Shown: piece after piece, positions 29,705-37,699 of the stretch
How the letters are laid out: every line of letters starts with the position of its first letter
Numbering within the stretch: the stretch's first letter is position 1
Virus record (IMG/VR): IMGVR_UViG_3300036713_000359
Coordinates: 1 to 41,225 of that record
Reading direction: 5' to 3' (one strand)
Length of the DNA: 41,225 nucleotides
Source of the DNA: a virus
Taxonomy: Duplodnaviria > Caudoviricetes
Program-made: the position numbers and the translations under genes
Notes under the pieces: model-generated
Told to the model about the DNA's origin: nothing
What the model saw: the letters and a program-made list of their open reading frames with translations, nothing else
Database searches by the model: none

Positions 29705-30141
29705 AGCTGGTTAAAACCAATGGCGAAGCTGTTATTGAAGGCAAAAACGTGCAGATTGTCGCGGGTATTGATCCTGGGCAAATGGTCAAGGTTAGCGAGA
29801 TTATCCAGCCGACTGCTGATAATCCAATGGGAATGGTGATTGTGGACCGTGACAAAAGCGGCTGGCGCCAGTATTACCCTTTTGTGATCGGCGCGCATTT
29901 TATTGATGACGATGGAATACCCTATACAGGCTTTGAACCACGCGAAAACAGCACCGCGAGCAAAGATGAAATACTCGAAATCGCGGTGTGCATGGCGCAG
30001 GAGTTGCAGGATCTGGTGGATGAAGCCGAACAGCCTGATGGTGAAAACCCTTTATCCGGTGCAAGCCAATTACTGGATGAATGGGATGAGGTGTATAAAC
30101 GAAGCTGGCAGATGATGCCGGTGGCTGGGGTGGCAGCGTGA
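29701..30141 (+). CDS. Hypothetical protein
   Basis: AGGAGG RBS; translationally coupled. Confidence 0.7.
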   Translation: MKLVKTNGEAVIEGKNVQIVAGIDPGQMVKVSEIIQPTADNPMGMVIVDRDKSGWRQYYPFVIGAHFIDDDGIPYTGFEPRENSTASKDEILEIAVCMAQELQDLVDEAEQPDGENPLSGASQLLDEWDEVYKRSWQMMPVAGVAA

Positions 30142-30401
30142 TCACCTGGCATCCACACACCGATAAACCAGCCCTGCGCCAGTGTTTTTTAATTGCAGTC
30201 AATGACCCTGGTGATGCCGAAGAGCCGCATCGACTCGAACACGGTATTTTCTATATCAGTAACGATGGAAAACTGCTGGAAGAGAAATCCAGTGTGCATA
30301 AGGCGCATATCACAGAATACTGGTGGGCCTATGAGCGCGATTTGCTGGCGGGAATTATTTTTAAAGAGCCACCCGCAGAAGATCAATTGAGCTTTTTATA
30401 A
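30138..30401 (+). CDS. Hypothetical protein
   Basis: GTGA overlap. Confidence 0.6.
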   Translation: MITWHPHTDKPALRQCFLIAVNDPGDAEEPHRLEHGIFYISNDGKLLEEKSSVHKAHITEYWWAYERDLLAGIIFKEPPAEDQLSFL

Positions 30402-30470
30402 TTTAAAACACACCCCCCCACTTTCAGGCACTTTTTAAAGGTGGGGATACTCATAAAAATAGGGGAATCC

Positions 30471-33185
30471 GTGGCAATCGACAAACACCAGATTATTACC
30501 CGCCTGATGGGCGACTATTCAATGCGCAATGCAGGGGCTTTTTTACGTGATGGGCGTTGCCCGGCGTGCAACAAGAAGTCTCTCTTTATCGAGACTGAAA
30601 GCCCGTTTAATTTAAAATGCGGGCGCGAGAATAAATGCCAGAATGGGAATCCGTGGCAGATGAAAACCCGCGAGCTTTATCCTGAGTTATTCAAGCCCCT
30701 GCACGAACAATACCCGCCGACAAAAGAAAACCGCAACGCCACAGCGGATGCCTACCTGTTATACCAGCGCGGTTTTAACCCTGAAAAACTCAGGACCAAT
30801 AATGTGCCATGGTTTGAACAGGCGCAGCGTGTCGAGCGCCATGCGGTGGATGAAAAAGGCCATACCATTACCGCTTCGTCTGAAACGGTGCGCTTTTACC
30901 TGGATAAAGACAAAACGCGCTGGTGGGAAAAGTTTATCCAGCCGATCCAGATGGAAAGCGGCGAGAAACACACCCACTTTGACGGCAAGCGCAAGGATGA
31001 CGGAAGCAAAAGCATTTACAAGGGCGACTGGTGGCAAGCGCCTATCAAGTACCATTTTGAACGGGACCAGGAGGTGTATCTGGTGGAAGGTATTTTTGAT
31101 GCGATCGCGCTGATACTGGCAGGCAAGCAGGCGGTGGCGTTGTTTAGCTGCTATAACTTCCCTGAGCACAGTATTAAACCGCACCTGGGCAAAAATGTAC
31201 GCTGGGTCGTGGCTCTGGATAATGATATCGCCGGTAAAAAATACGCGCAGCGATGGCGCAAACGGCTATTCGATATGAAAGAGAAGGTGCGCATCTGTGT
31301 GGCACCGGATGGCGAGAAGAAAGACTGGAATGATGTTTATAAAGAGCATGCGGGGAAAATTCCGGAGAAGGTATTCAAGGACTGGGATTACCAGGGGGAA
31401 TTGCTGGCGGCTTTTAGTGCGCTGAATAAAGCGAATATCATCCACCGCCATGAGGGGCACATAAAACCGCAGTTTATCTTCGAGTTTAATAATAATCTAT
31501 ACCATGCAGCGCCGACAAAAGAGAAAGGCGCGGATGATGATGTGGTAATGCAGATTGTAAACATCAGTAATTGCTACCCTGAATTCCTCTATTATCAGAA
31601 AGATGTGATCAACCGCGAATCGATCTATTTTGTAAGGGTGACGCGAGCCGATTCTGGCAGGAAGTACCAGGAGGAATTCAAGGCATCCCACATCACCAGT
31701 TCCAGTGCGTTCAAACAGCAGTTACTGGATACCGGACCCGGTTTGTTTTTTACCGGATCAGCGACGCAACTGGATAGCTACCTGAAGAATTTCTGGTTTA
31801 AAAATGCCTACCCTGCGGAAGTCTCCGCGATCAATTTTATGGGTTATTCCAAAGAGTTCAAAGCGTGGATTTTCCAGAAACATTGCATCTATAACGGCAA
31901 GCTTTATGAGCTGAACAACGATGATTACTTTGAACTTGGCGACCAGCATATCAAGACCACTTTTAAGCCGCAGGAGCCGATACGCCTGACGGATAACAAT
32001 AAGCCGGAGTTATGGCTGGAAGATTTTCGCCTTGCTTATGGTTTGAATGGTTTGACTGCGCTGGCTTTCTGGTTTGGTACTTTGTTTGCGGAGCAGATCC
32101 GCAGCGCCATGGGAAGCTGGCCATTTCTTGAAATGAGTGGGGTGCCGGGTACCGGTAAAACAAAATTACTGGAATTTTTGTGGATGCTGGTGGGGCGCTA
32201 TGATTACGAGGGCATTGACCTGGCTAAAGCCACCCATGCTGGGCGATGGAATACTTTCTCACAACTGGGCAACCTGCCCACGGTATTGATCGAGGGAGAC
32301 CGCAAGAATGAGCGCGGGCACCAGTCATCACAGTTTGATTTGAACGAAGCCAAGCCACTTTTTAATGGCCGTGGGATGCGCGCAAAAGCAACCATTCGCG
32401 GTAATGAAACGATTGAGCCGCCGTTTCGGTCGGCGCTGGTGATTGCGCAGAATGAACAGGTGGACACCGATGAAGCGGTGATGGAACGCATTATCCACTG
32501 CCACTTTAGCAAGGCGACGCACAGCATCGAGGGTAAGGTAGCAAGTGACCGGCTATCTGCGCTGGATATGGATGAAATCAGCGGCTTTGCGGTGGCGGCC
32601 TGCATTAAACAGCATGACGTGATGGAATCCATCAAAAAACATTTTAAAGCGTACCAGCAGAAATTCAGCGAGGTGCTGGTGACACAGGCGCAGAAACCGC
32701 TTAAAAACCAGCGCATCCGTGACAATCATGCGCAACTGATGGCGTGTGCTGCGGCCATGAGCGACCTGAATATTGTGCCACTAAGCATGGATGATCTGGA
32801 ACGCCTTTATAAACACCTGGTGGAACGCGCGTGGAAACGGCATCAATCGATCAAGGCAGACCACCCACTGGTGCAGGAATTCTGGGAGGTTTACGATTAC
32901 CTTGAAAGCAAGGCTAATGTGCCAAGGCGCGGGGCAGAAGGTGCATTAATAAGTAACGTTGTTAACCATCACAAAAAAGACAACTGGATAGCGATCAACT
33001 TTCCTCAATTCATGAGCCTGGCAGCAGACAATAATCTGCGCATCAACAATGCCAGCGAGCTGAAAAAACTGATCAAGAACAGTAAATACTTCCGTTTTGA
33101 TGGCTACAAGCCGGTTGAATCGGTGATTAATGGCAAAAGCACTAAGTGCTTTGTTTTTGAACGAAAAAAGGAGATTGGCAAGTGA
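30471..33185 (+). CDS. P4-type DNA primase-helicase
   Basis: Zn finger CPAC...C...C, TOPRIM (VEGIFDA, LDND), Walker A GVPGTGKT; the ORF can extend to 30441. Confidence 0.9.
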   Translation: MAIDKHQIITRLMGDYSMRNAGAFLRDGRCPACNKKSLFIETESPFNLKCGRENKCQNGNPWQMKTRELYPELFKPLHEQYPPTKENRNATADAYLLYQRGFNPEKLRTNNVPWFEQAQRVERHAVDEKGHTITASSETVRFYLDKDKTRWWEKFIQPIQMESGEKHTHFDGKRKDDGSKSIYKGDWWQAPIKYHFERDQEVYLVEGIFDAIALILAGKQAVALFSCYNFPEHSIKPHLGKNVRWVVALDNDIAGKKYAQRWRKRLFDMKEKVRICVAPDGEKKDWNDVYKEHAGKIPEKVFKDWDYQGELLAAFSALNKANIIHRHEGHIKPQFIFEFNNNLYHAAPTKEKGADDDVVMQIVNISNCYPEFLYYQKDVINRESIYFVRVTRADSGRKYQEEFKASHITSSSAFKQQLLDTGPGLFFTGSATQLDSYLKNFWFKNAYPAEVSAINFMGYSKEFKAWIFQKHCIYNGKLYELNNDDYFELGDQHIKTTFKPQEPIRLTDNNKPELWLEDFRLAYGLNGLTALAFWFGTLFAEQIRSAMGSWPFLEMSGVPGTGKTKLLEFLWMLVGRYDYEGIDLAKATHAGRWNTFSQLGNLPTVLIEGDRKNERGHQSSQFDLNEAKPLFNGRGMRAKATIRGNETIEPPFRSALVIAQNEQVDTDEAVMERIIHCHFSKATHSIEGKVASDRLSALDMDEISGFAVAACIKQHDVMESIKKHFKAYQQKFSEVLVTQAQKPLKNQRIRDNHAQLMACAAAMSDLNIVPLSMDDLERLYKHLVERAWKRHQSIKADHPLVQEFWEVYDYLESKANVPRRGAEGALISNVVNHHKKDNWIAINFPQFMSLAADNNLRINNASELKKLIKNSKYFRFDGYKPVESVINGKSTKCFVFERKKEIGK

Positions 33186-33409
33186 TAAAATATAAACCGA
33201 CTGAAGTTGATCTGGCGCTTTCTGTGATGTGTGCCACCCTGAATACACTGGAAAGGACAGGACTGGTACCGCCTGGTATTAATTTCAATACGCATGAAAT
33301 CGCTGATGTGTGCGGATGTTCACCTCAGACGATTAGTAAGGTGGTAGTTCGCATCAAGAAAAAACTGCGCGCCAGCCCGCAACTTAGACAGCAATACCTG
33401 GAGAGTTGA
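33182..33409 (+). CDS. Small HTH protein (sigma region 4-like; late activator or excisionase candidate)
   Basis: THEIADVCGCSPQTISKV. Confidence 0.65.
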   Translation: MIKYKPTEVDLALSVMCATLNTLERTGLVPPGINFNTHEIADVCGCSPQTISKVVVRIKKKLRASPQLRQQYLES

Positions 33410-33606
33410 GCATGTTGACGATTGAAGAAATAGCCATAAAACACACAGCCCGGCTGGCTGATGAAGAATCTGATTATTCAGAATTTGATAAACTGGATGT
33501 AAGCAAGAAAGAAAGGCAGCTGCAGGCACGGCGCAGGGTGGAAGACGACCTGGAACGGAAACGCCTGGTGCGTGAAAATTTGGATGTTTGGGATCAGGAT
33601 TTTTAG
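33406..33606 (+). CDS. Small charged hypothetical protein
   Basis: Coupled ORF, RRRVEDDLERKRL. Confidence 0.6.
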   Translation: MSMLTIEEIAIKHTARLADEESDYSEFDKLDVSKKERQLQARRRVEDDLERKRLVRENLDVWDQDF

Positions 33607-33656
33607 AATGTTTTAATATCTAAAGTTGAAAACTTATTAACAGGAGATAAGCAAAA

Positions 33657-33830
33657 ATGAAAGAATGTAATTGTTCGAATAAAAAACTAATGGTTCAAGA
33701 GTACACCTATTGTGAACTTCAGCAGATTGAAAAAAGAAGAGCTGCTTTAGTGCAGGATAAATTGAACCGGATAAACAGAGATAGAGCGGCTGGGATTGAT
33801 AGAGCGGTTGATGGGGCTCGGTTGATATAA
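33657..33830 (+). CDS. 57-aa hypothetical protein whose stop lies in the first attC-like core (not in the ORF track)
   Basis: AGGAG RBS, MKECNCSNKK...GARLI, stop TAA within ATATAAC. Confidence 0.65.
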   Translation: MKECNCSNKKLMVQEYTYCELQQIEKRRAALVQDKLNRINRDRAAGIDRAVDGARLI

Positions 33831-33891
33831 CCCTTGCATTAGCAGGCAATGAAGCCCTGCGGAATTGCTCTGCTGGAGCGTGTTGTTAGCC
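33825..33891 (-). repeat. attC-like site 1
   Basis: ATATAAC...GTTAGCC; stem TAGCAG-GCAAT/ATTGC-T-CTGCTG with an unpaired T. Confidence 0.75.
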
Positions 33892-33911
33892 ACAAAAAAG
33901 AGAGATTTATT

Positions 33912-34247
33912 ATGAGTTACGAACGAGATTCAGATAAGGCAATGGGCAAGAAATTAAGTGTATATCCACAGCCAGTTAAATTATATGCAGAGCGCGATGT
34001 TATAGCGCAAAAAGAATATTACACAAAGCATGTAGACCACATGACATGTGAAGGGCTGCACAGTAAATCCGATATTGCCGCAGAATTAGCGCACAGAGAT
34101 ATTATAATTGATGAATTGAAAAGCGCGGCAGGCATGGCATTAGGTAGTTTAACAGGTGGTATGGATGGAACATGGGACGCTTTTGATGACCCGATTGAAG
34201 CGCTAAGAGAAGCACTAAATAAAACTGATGCGCGTAGCGCTGGCTAA
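33912..34247 (+). CDS. Cassette gene 1: phage protein with MTCEGLHSKSDIAAELAHRD motif
   Basis: Bounded by GTTAGCC and GGCTAAC; stop lies in the core site. Confidence 0.8.
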   Translation: MSYERDSDKAMGKKLSVYPQPVKLYAERDVIAQKEYYTKHVDHMTCEGLHSKSDIAAELAHRDIIIDELKSAAGMALGSLTGGMDGTWDAFDDPIEALREALNKTDARSAG

Positions 34248-34325
34248 CCCTGAGATAATCAGGCGCAATAAAATGCGCGAATAAAAACCCTGACAATGCC
34301 GCTCTGATTGAGCGCGTTGTTATAC
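34242..34325 (-). repeat. attC-like site 2
   Basis: GGCTAAC...GTTATAC; GATAATCAG-GC/GC-T-CTGATT-G-AGC with extrahelical T and G. Confidence 0.8.
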
Positions 34326-34344
34326 GTGTATTGAGTAATAAATA

Positions 34345-34434
34345 ATGGAAGAACTTCTAATAGGCGGACTGATAATATATTTTATAGTTGCGGTTATTCT
34401 CGTAATTGTTATAAATGAAGAGAGAAGAAATTAA
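34345..34434 (+). CDS. Cassette 2 gene a: 29-aa single-TM peptide (not in the ORF track)
   Basis: MEELLIGGLIIYFIVAVILVIVINEERRN; stops 1 bp before the next ATG. Confidence 0.5.
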   Translation: MEELLIGGLIIYFIVAVILVIVINEERRN

Positions 34435-34435
34435 C

Positions 34436-34666
34436 ATGAGCACAACGGAGTTTAAAAAGTATTTGAATGAAGTAATAAAAACAGTTTTCAAAAATGAAGA
34501 TAAATTTATAGAGGCTTTTGCTGAAGTTATCGGTGGCGCTGAAAATATAGAAGAATTCTATATGGCTAGTGAGAGGTGCAGGATTGTCACAACGACACAT
34601 GATGGAATTAGAACAACAACTACAATTAATACAACGGCTGTTTTAGATTGGATCGAAGCAGTATAA
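34436..34666 (+). CDS. Cassette 2 gene b: acidic hypothetical protein
   Basis: Stop TAA lies within the GTATAAC core. Confidence 0.7.
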   Translation: MSTTEFKKYLNEVIKTVFKNEDKFIEAFAEVIGGAENIEEFYMASERCRIVTTTHDGIRTTTTINTTAVLDWIEAV

Positions 34667-34722
34667 CCTGAAAGCTCAGCGGAACGAGCGAAGCGAGATT
34701 CCGATGGGGCTAGTTGTTAGGT
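34661..34722 (-). repeat. attC-like site 3
   Basis: GTATAAC...GTTAGGT; GCTCAGCGGAA/TTCCGATGGGGC; loop GAGCGAAGCGAG. Confidence 0.8.
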
Positions 34723-34773
34723 AATATTTTAAGCACACCCTGCCACTTTTAGGCACTTTTTAAGGATTAAAAA

Positions 34774-35103
34774 ATGAATTTATTAGCAAAAAACAATGAA
34801 ATGATTCAAGAGGCAAAGGCTAGAAACAAAGAAGACCCTAGCAAAACAACACACGAACATTTAACTGAAATAGAAAAAAGAGAGTTTAATAATAGAAATT
34901 ATGTAGGCAAAGGAAGGCAGGACCCTCTTTATCAAGAAGCAATAGATACCGTTAAAAAAGAACAAAGAGCAAGTATTTCTATGCTCCAAAGAAAATTAAA
35001 AGTTAGCTATACCAGATGCAATGAAATGGTTATAGCAATGCAAGAAGATGGAGTAGTAAGTGACTTTCAGTCAAATATGACTAGAAGCGTATTAGTTAAG
35101 TAA
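34774..35103 (+). CDS. Cassette gene 3: stand-alone FtsK gamma (winged-helix) domain protein
   Basis: DPLYQEA...RASISMLQRKLKVSYTR...GVVS....R.VL. Confidence 0.85.
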   Translation: MNLLAKNNEMIQEAKARNKEDPSKTTHEHLTEIEKREFNNRNYVGKGRQDPLYQEAIDTVKKEQRASISMLQRKLKVSYTRCNEMVIAMQEDGVVSDFQSNMTRSVLVK

Positions 35104-35123
35104 GCGATAGAACTGCAAGTTCT

Positions 35124-35184
35124 ACCTAACGTTAAAGCATCTTATCTGTTTGCCGCAGGCATACAGATAAGTGTCTTGTTGGAC
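35124..35184 (-). repeat. attC-like site 4 (atypical)
   Basis: ACCTAAC...GTTGGAC; stem CTTATCTGT/ACAGATAAG; CC-GCA-GG tip. Confidence 0.65.
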
Positions 35185-35444
35185 TTAGCCGCCTGGCACG
35201 GTGGTCGATACCCATCTATATAAGGGGATTGTATTTTGAAAGCCCGTTTGGTCAATATCACTTTGTCGTATTTTCGGCAGTAACAGCCCATCCATTGCCT
35301 AGTTTGACATCTTTTTTTGATTTATTGACATCGTTTATTGGCCCAACAATAGCACAAATATAGGTTAATTCCAGTCTTTGCCCAGCCACTATCCTGACGC
35401 TTTAGCATCACGTTATTATGATTTGTCAGCCTCGGTAACGTTCG

Positions 35445-36587
35445 TCATCCGCCTTCAAGGCGCTGTGGTTTTATCAGGGTGCTAATGAACATGATGGCTT
35501 TTTTACAGCAGGGACAGGGTAACCCTTCAAAACGCTCTGGTTGCGGGTTTGTTTTCTCACCAGTCGTTTCTTTCGGGTCGGCTTTACCCTGTGTGATAGC
35601 CGCCCTGACCAGGGGCAGTTTTTTTGCTCTGCTAGCATTGGCAAGCCAGCCAAAGTGGCGTACCCGCATAAAACCTTTCGGTAACACGTGTTGCAAAAAA
35701 CGCCGCAGAAACTCTGTTCCTGTCAGCGTCATCACCTTTTTCTGATTATCACTATAATCCCGGTAGTAGAAGCTGACCTGCTTCTGATCCATATGACTCA
35801 AGCGGCTATCAGACAGTGCAATGCGGTGGGTATATCGCCCCAGGTAGTCAACAACACTACGGGTATGGTGTAAACAAGGCTTGGCAAAGACCACCCACGG
35901 AGTTTGCATTAAACTGTCCAGTAGGGTATCCACTTCATGAGGGCGGGTAACTCGCGTCAGTTTGCCCTGATTGGCGGCTTCACGCAGTGCACTGACCATT
36001 TTTCCTCGAAAGACCTTCGACAGGGCTCTAACCGGAAACAGGTAAGTACTTTTAGCCTCATTCCATTCACCCGCGCGGCTAAGTGCTCCACCGGGGATCA
36101 GGCAATGTAGGTGAACATGCTGGTCCAGTGCCTGTCCCCAGGTATGCAATACAGCGCTCATGCCCAATCCGCCATTCAGATGTTTCGGGTCTTTAGCAAA
36201 GGCGGACAGTGTTTGCCATACACAGGCAAAGAACAGACCATAAATCACCCGTGGGTGCAGCCTGATCCAGCCATTGAGTGCGTGTGGCAGTGTAAATACC
36301 AGATGATAATAAGTGATCGGTAACAGATAACTCGCCTGTTTGTCACACCACTGTTGGGTAGCCTGTTGCTGGCAGCGGGTGCAATGCCGATTACGGCAGG
36401 CATGATACAGTGTGGTTTCATTCCCACAGTGTCCGCAGTGTAACGTAAATCCACCCAGTGCCTCAGTACGGCATTGCTGTAAATGACGACAAACCGTCAG
36501 TTGCTGGTGGCTCAGTGCCTGTTGCTGTTGTAATGCGGGTAAAAACTGCGTCAGTACCTGTTGCAGCCGCAGACTAGACATGGTCAT
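35445..36587 (-). CDS. IS91-family rolling-circle (Y2 HUH) transposase
   Basis: Zn-binding CRT..LGG...CRNRHC, HLVFTLP, HVHLH (HUH), YLGRY; start 36587 or 36581 overlaps the recombinase stop. Confidence 0.93.
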   Translation of the reverse strand: MTMSSLRLQQVLTQFLPALQQQQALSHQQLTVCRHLQQCRTEALGGFTLHCGHCGNETTLYHACRNRHCTRCQQQATQQWCDKQASYLLPITYYHLVFTLPHALNGWIRLHPRVIYGLFFACVWQTLSAFAKDPKHLNGGLGMSAVLHTWGQALDQHVHLHCLIPGGALSRAGEWNEAKSTYLFPVRALSKVFRGKMVSALREAANQGKLTRVTRPHEVDTLLDSLMQTPWVVFAKPCLHHTRSVVDYLGRYTHRIALSDSRLSHMDQKQVSFYYRDYSDNQKKVMTLTGTEFLRRFLQHVLPKGFMRVRHFGWLANASRAKKLPLVRAAITQGKADPKETTGEKTNPQPERFEGLPCPCCKKAIMFISTLIKPQRLEGG

Positions 36588-37431
36588 CAAGCGACAGTTC
36601 ACCCAGTAGATCAACCACACGACCACCTTCACCCGTTTGCGGTAACCAGTGCGTATAGCGCAAAGTAGAATGTAGATTTTGATGTCCCAACTGTTGTTGT
36701 AACTGATGGATGGGTACGCCCTGTTGCAGGCAATGGGTCGCATAGGCATGGCGCAGACTGTGGATGCCCCCTGATTTACGGATATTTACCGCTTCTTTGG
36801 CGTGTCGGAATACTTTCTGTGGTGTTGTAACACCGATATGTGAACCTGGTTTGTTTCCACAGAATAGGAAGCCCTGTGGACGATAGCGAACCCAGTAACG
36901 TCGCAAATGTAGCAGCAGGGTTTCACCAATAGGTACCAGCCTGTCTTTACCTCCCTTTCCCTGAGTCACCCTCAATAATTTTTGTTGCCCGTCAATATCC
37001 ACCACAGCGACACGCACCAACTCATTGACGCGCAGACCACAGCCGTAGCACAGTTTCAACAACATGCGGTCACGTGTGCTGGCGGGTGCAGATACGATGC
37101 TTGCAACTTCTGAAAAATTCAAAAGCGCGGGTATTTGCTGACGGTTTTTGGGCAGGATAAAACCGTAGTTGGCGAAATCCTTGCGTTTAAGGACACGGAT
37201 AAACAGAAAACTGACGCTGTTGAAATACAGCCGAATGCTGGCAGGTGCCAGTTGTCGCTCCTTAACCAGATATAAAAGCCACTGTTCAATCTGTTTTAGA
37301 GACAGATGATCAGGAGGCTGTCGGGTGTAACGAGCTAAGTCTTGAACTCCAGACAAATAGGTAGTCTGTGTCCGTTGTGCTAAACCATGCAGTAGCATGG
37401 TATCAATCATTTGTTGACGTAGATGCTTCAT
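36574..37431 (-). CDS. Tyrosine recombinase associated with the IS91-like transposase
   Basis: YGCGLR, GKGGKDR, HSLRHAYATH, LGH, LRY; AAGGAG RBS. Confidence 0.93.
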   Translation of the reverse strand: MKHLRQQMIDTMLLHGLAQRTQTTYLSGVQDLARYTRQPPDHLSLKQIEQWLLYLVKERQLAPASIRLYFNSVSFLFIRVLKRKDFANYGFILPKNRQQIPALLNFSEVASIVSAPASTRDRMLLKLCYGCGLRVNELVRVAVVDIDGQQKLLRVTQGKGGKDRLVPIGETLLLHLRRYWVRYRPQGFLFCGNKPGSHIGVTTPQKVFRHAKEAVNIRKSGGIHSLRHAYATHCLQQGVPIHQLQQQLGHQNLHSTLRYTHWLPQTGEGGRVVDLLGELSLDDHV

Positions 37432-37550
37432 TTTAAATCTCCTTTGAGTAATAGAAACTCCCTATGGAGTCACTCAAAGTGTGGTTCAAAATGTAGAAGT
37501 TGGAGCTGGGAAAGGAGCGTGAAAGTAGCAAAGCTCCGCGAAGCGGCTTA

Positions 37551-37623
37551 GTTCAACACTTTATTAGACAGCGTAGGATATAACAGAAATAGACAGCGTA
37601 GGATATAACAGAAATATACAGCG
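37551..37623 (-). other. attI-like site with 25-bp tandem direct repeats
   Basis: Minus strand reads GTCTAAT-AAAGT-GTTGAAC (7-5-7); TAGACAGCGTAGGATATAACAGAAA at 37565-37589 and 37590-37614, plus a partial third copy. Confidence 0.6.
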
Positions 37624-37699
37624 GCATTTATCTGCAGTTGTGAATCTTCAATTCATTTACTCGTAGCGCACTGCATAGTCTTGCTTTAAAGTCCGCGCA

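Larger units (their letters stand above)
35178..37557 (-). mobile_element. IS91-like element carrying a tyrosine recombinase and an HUH transposase
   Basis: Two coupled genes; ends GTTGGACTTAGCCGC and GCGGCTTAGTTCAAC (13/15 inverted); CTTG at 35175 and GTTC at 37551. Confidence 0.85.

Noticed and set aside
606-33295. Long antisense ORFs (e.g. 606-1220, 3044-3751, 4798-5412, 15866-16576, 32204-32725)
   Set aside because: They are shadows of well-supported + strand genes and have no recognisable motifs
33615-33640. attI at the left end of the array (CTAAAGTTGAAA)
   Set aside because: Its core does not match ATATAAC, and attC polarity points to the right-hand site instead
35300-35335. Tandem TTGACATC as a strong promoter
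   Set aside because: No good -10 box at the proper spacing
36588-36749. N-terminal extension of the transposase ORF
   Set aside because: It overlaps the recombinase in another frame; a coupled ATG at 36587 or 36581 is more plausible
37565-37623. CRISPR array
   Set aside because: The repeats are directly tandem with no spacers, and there are no cas genes
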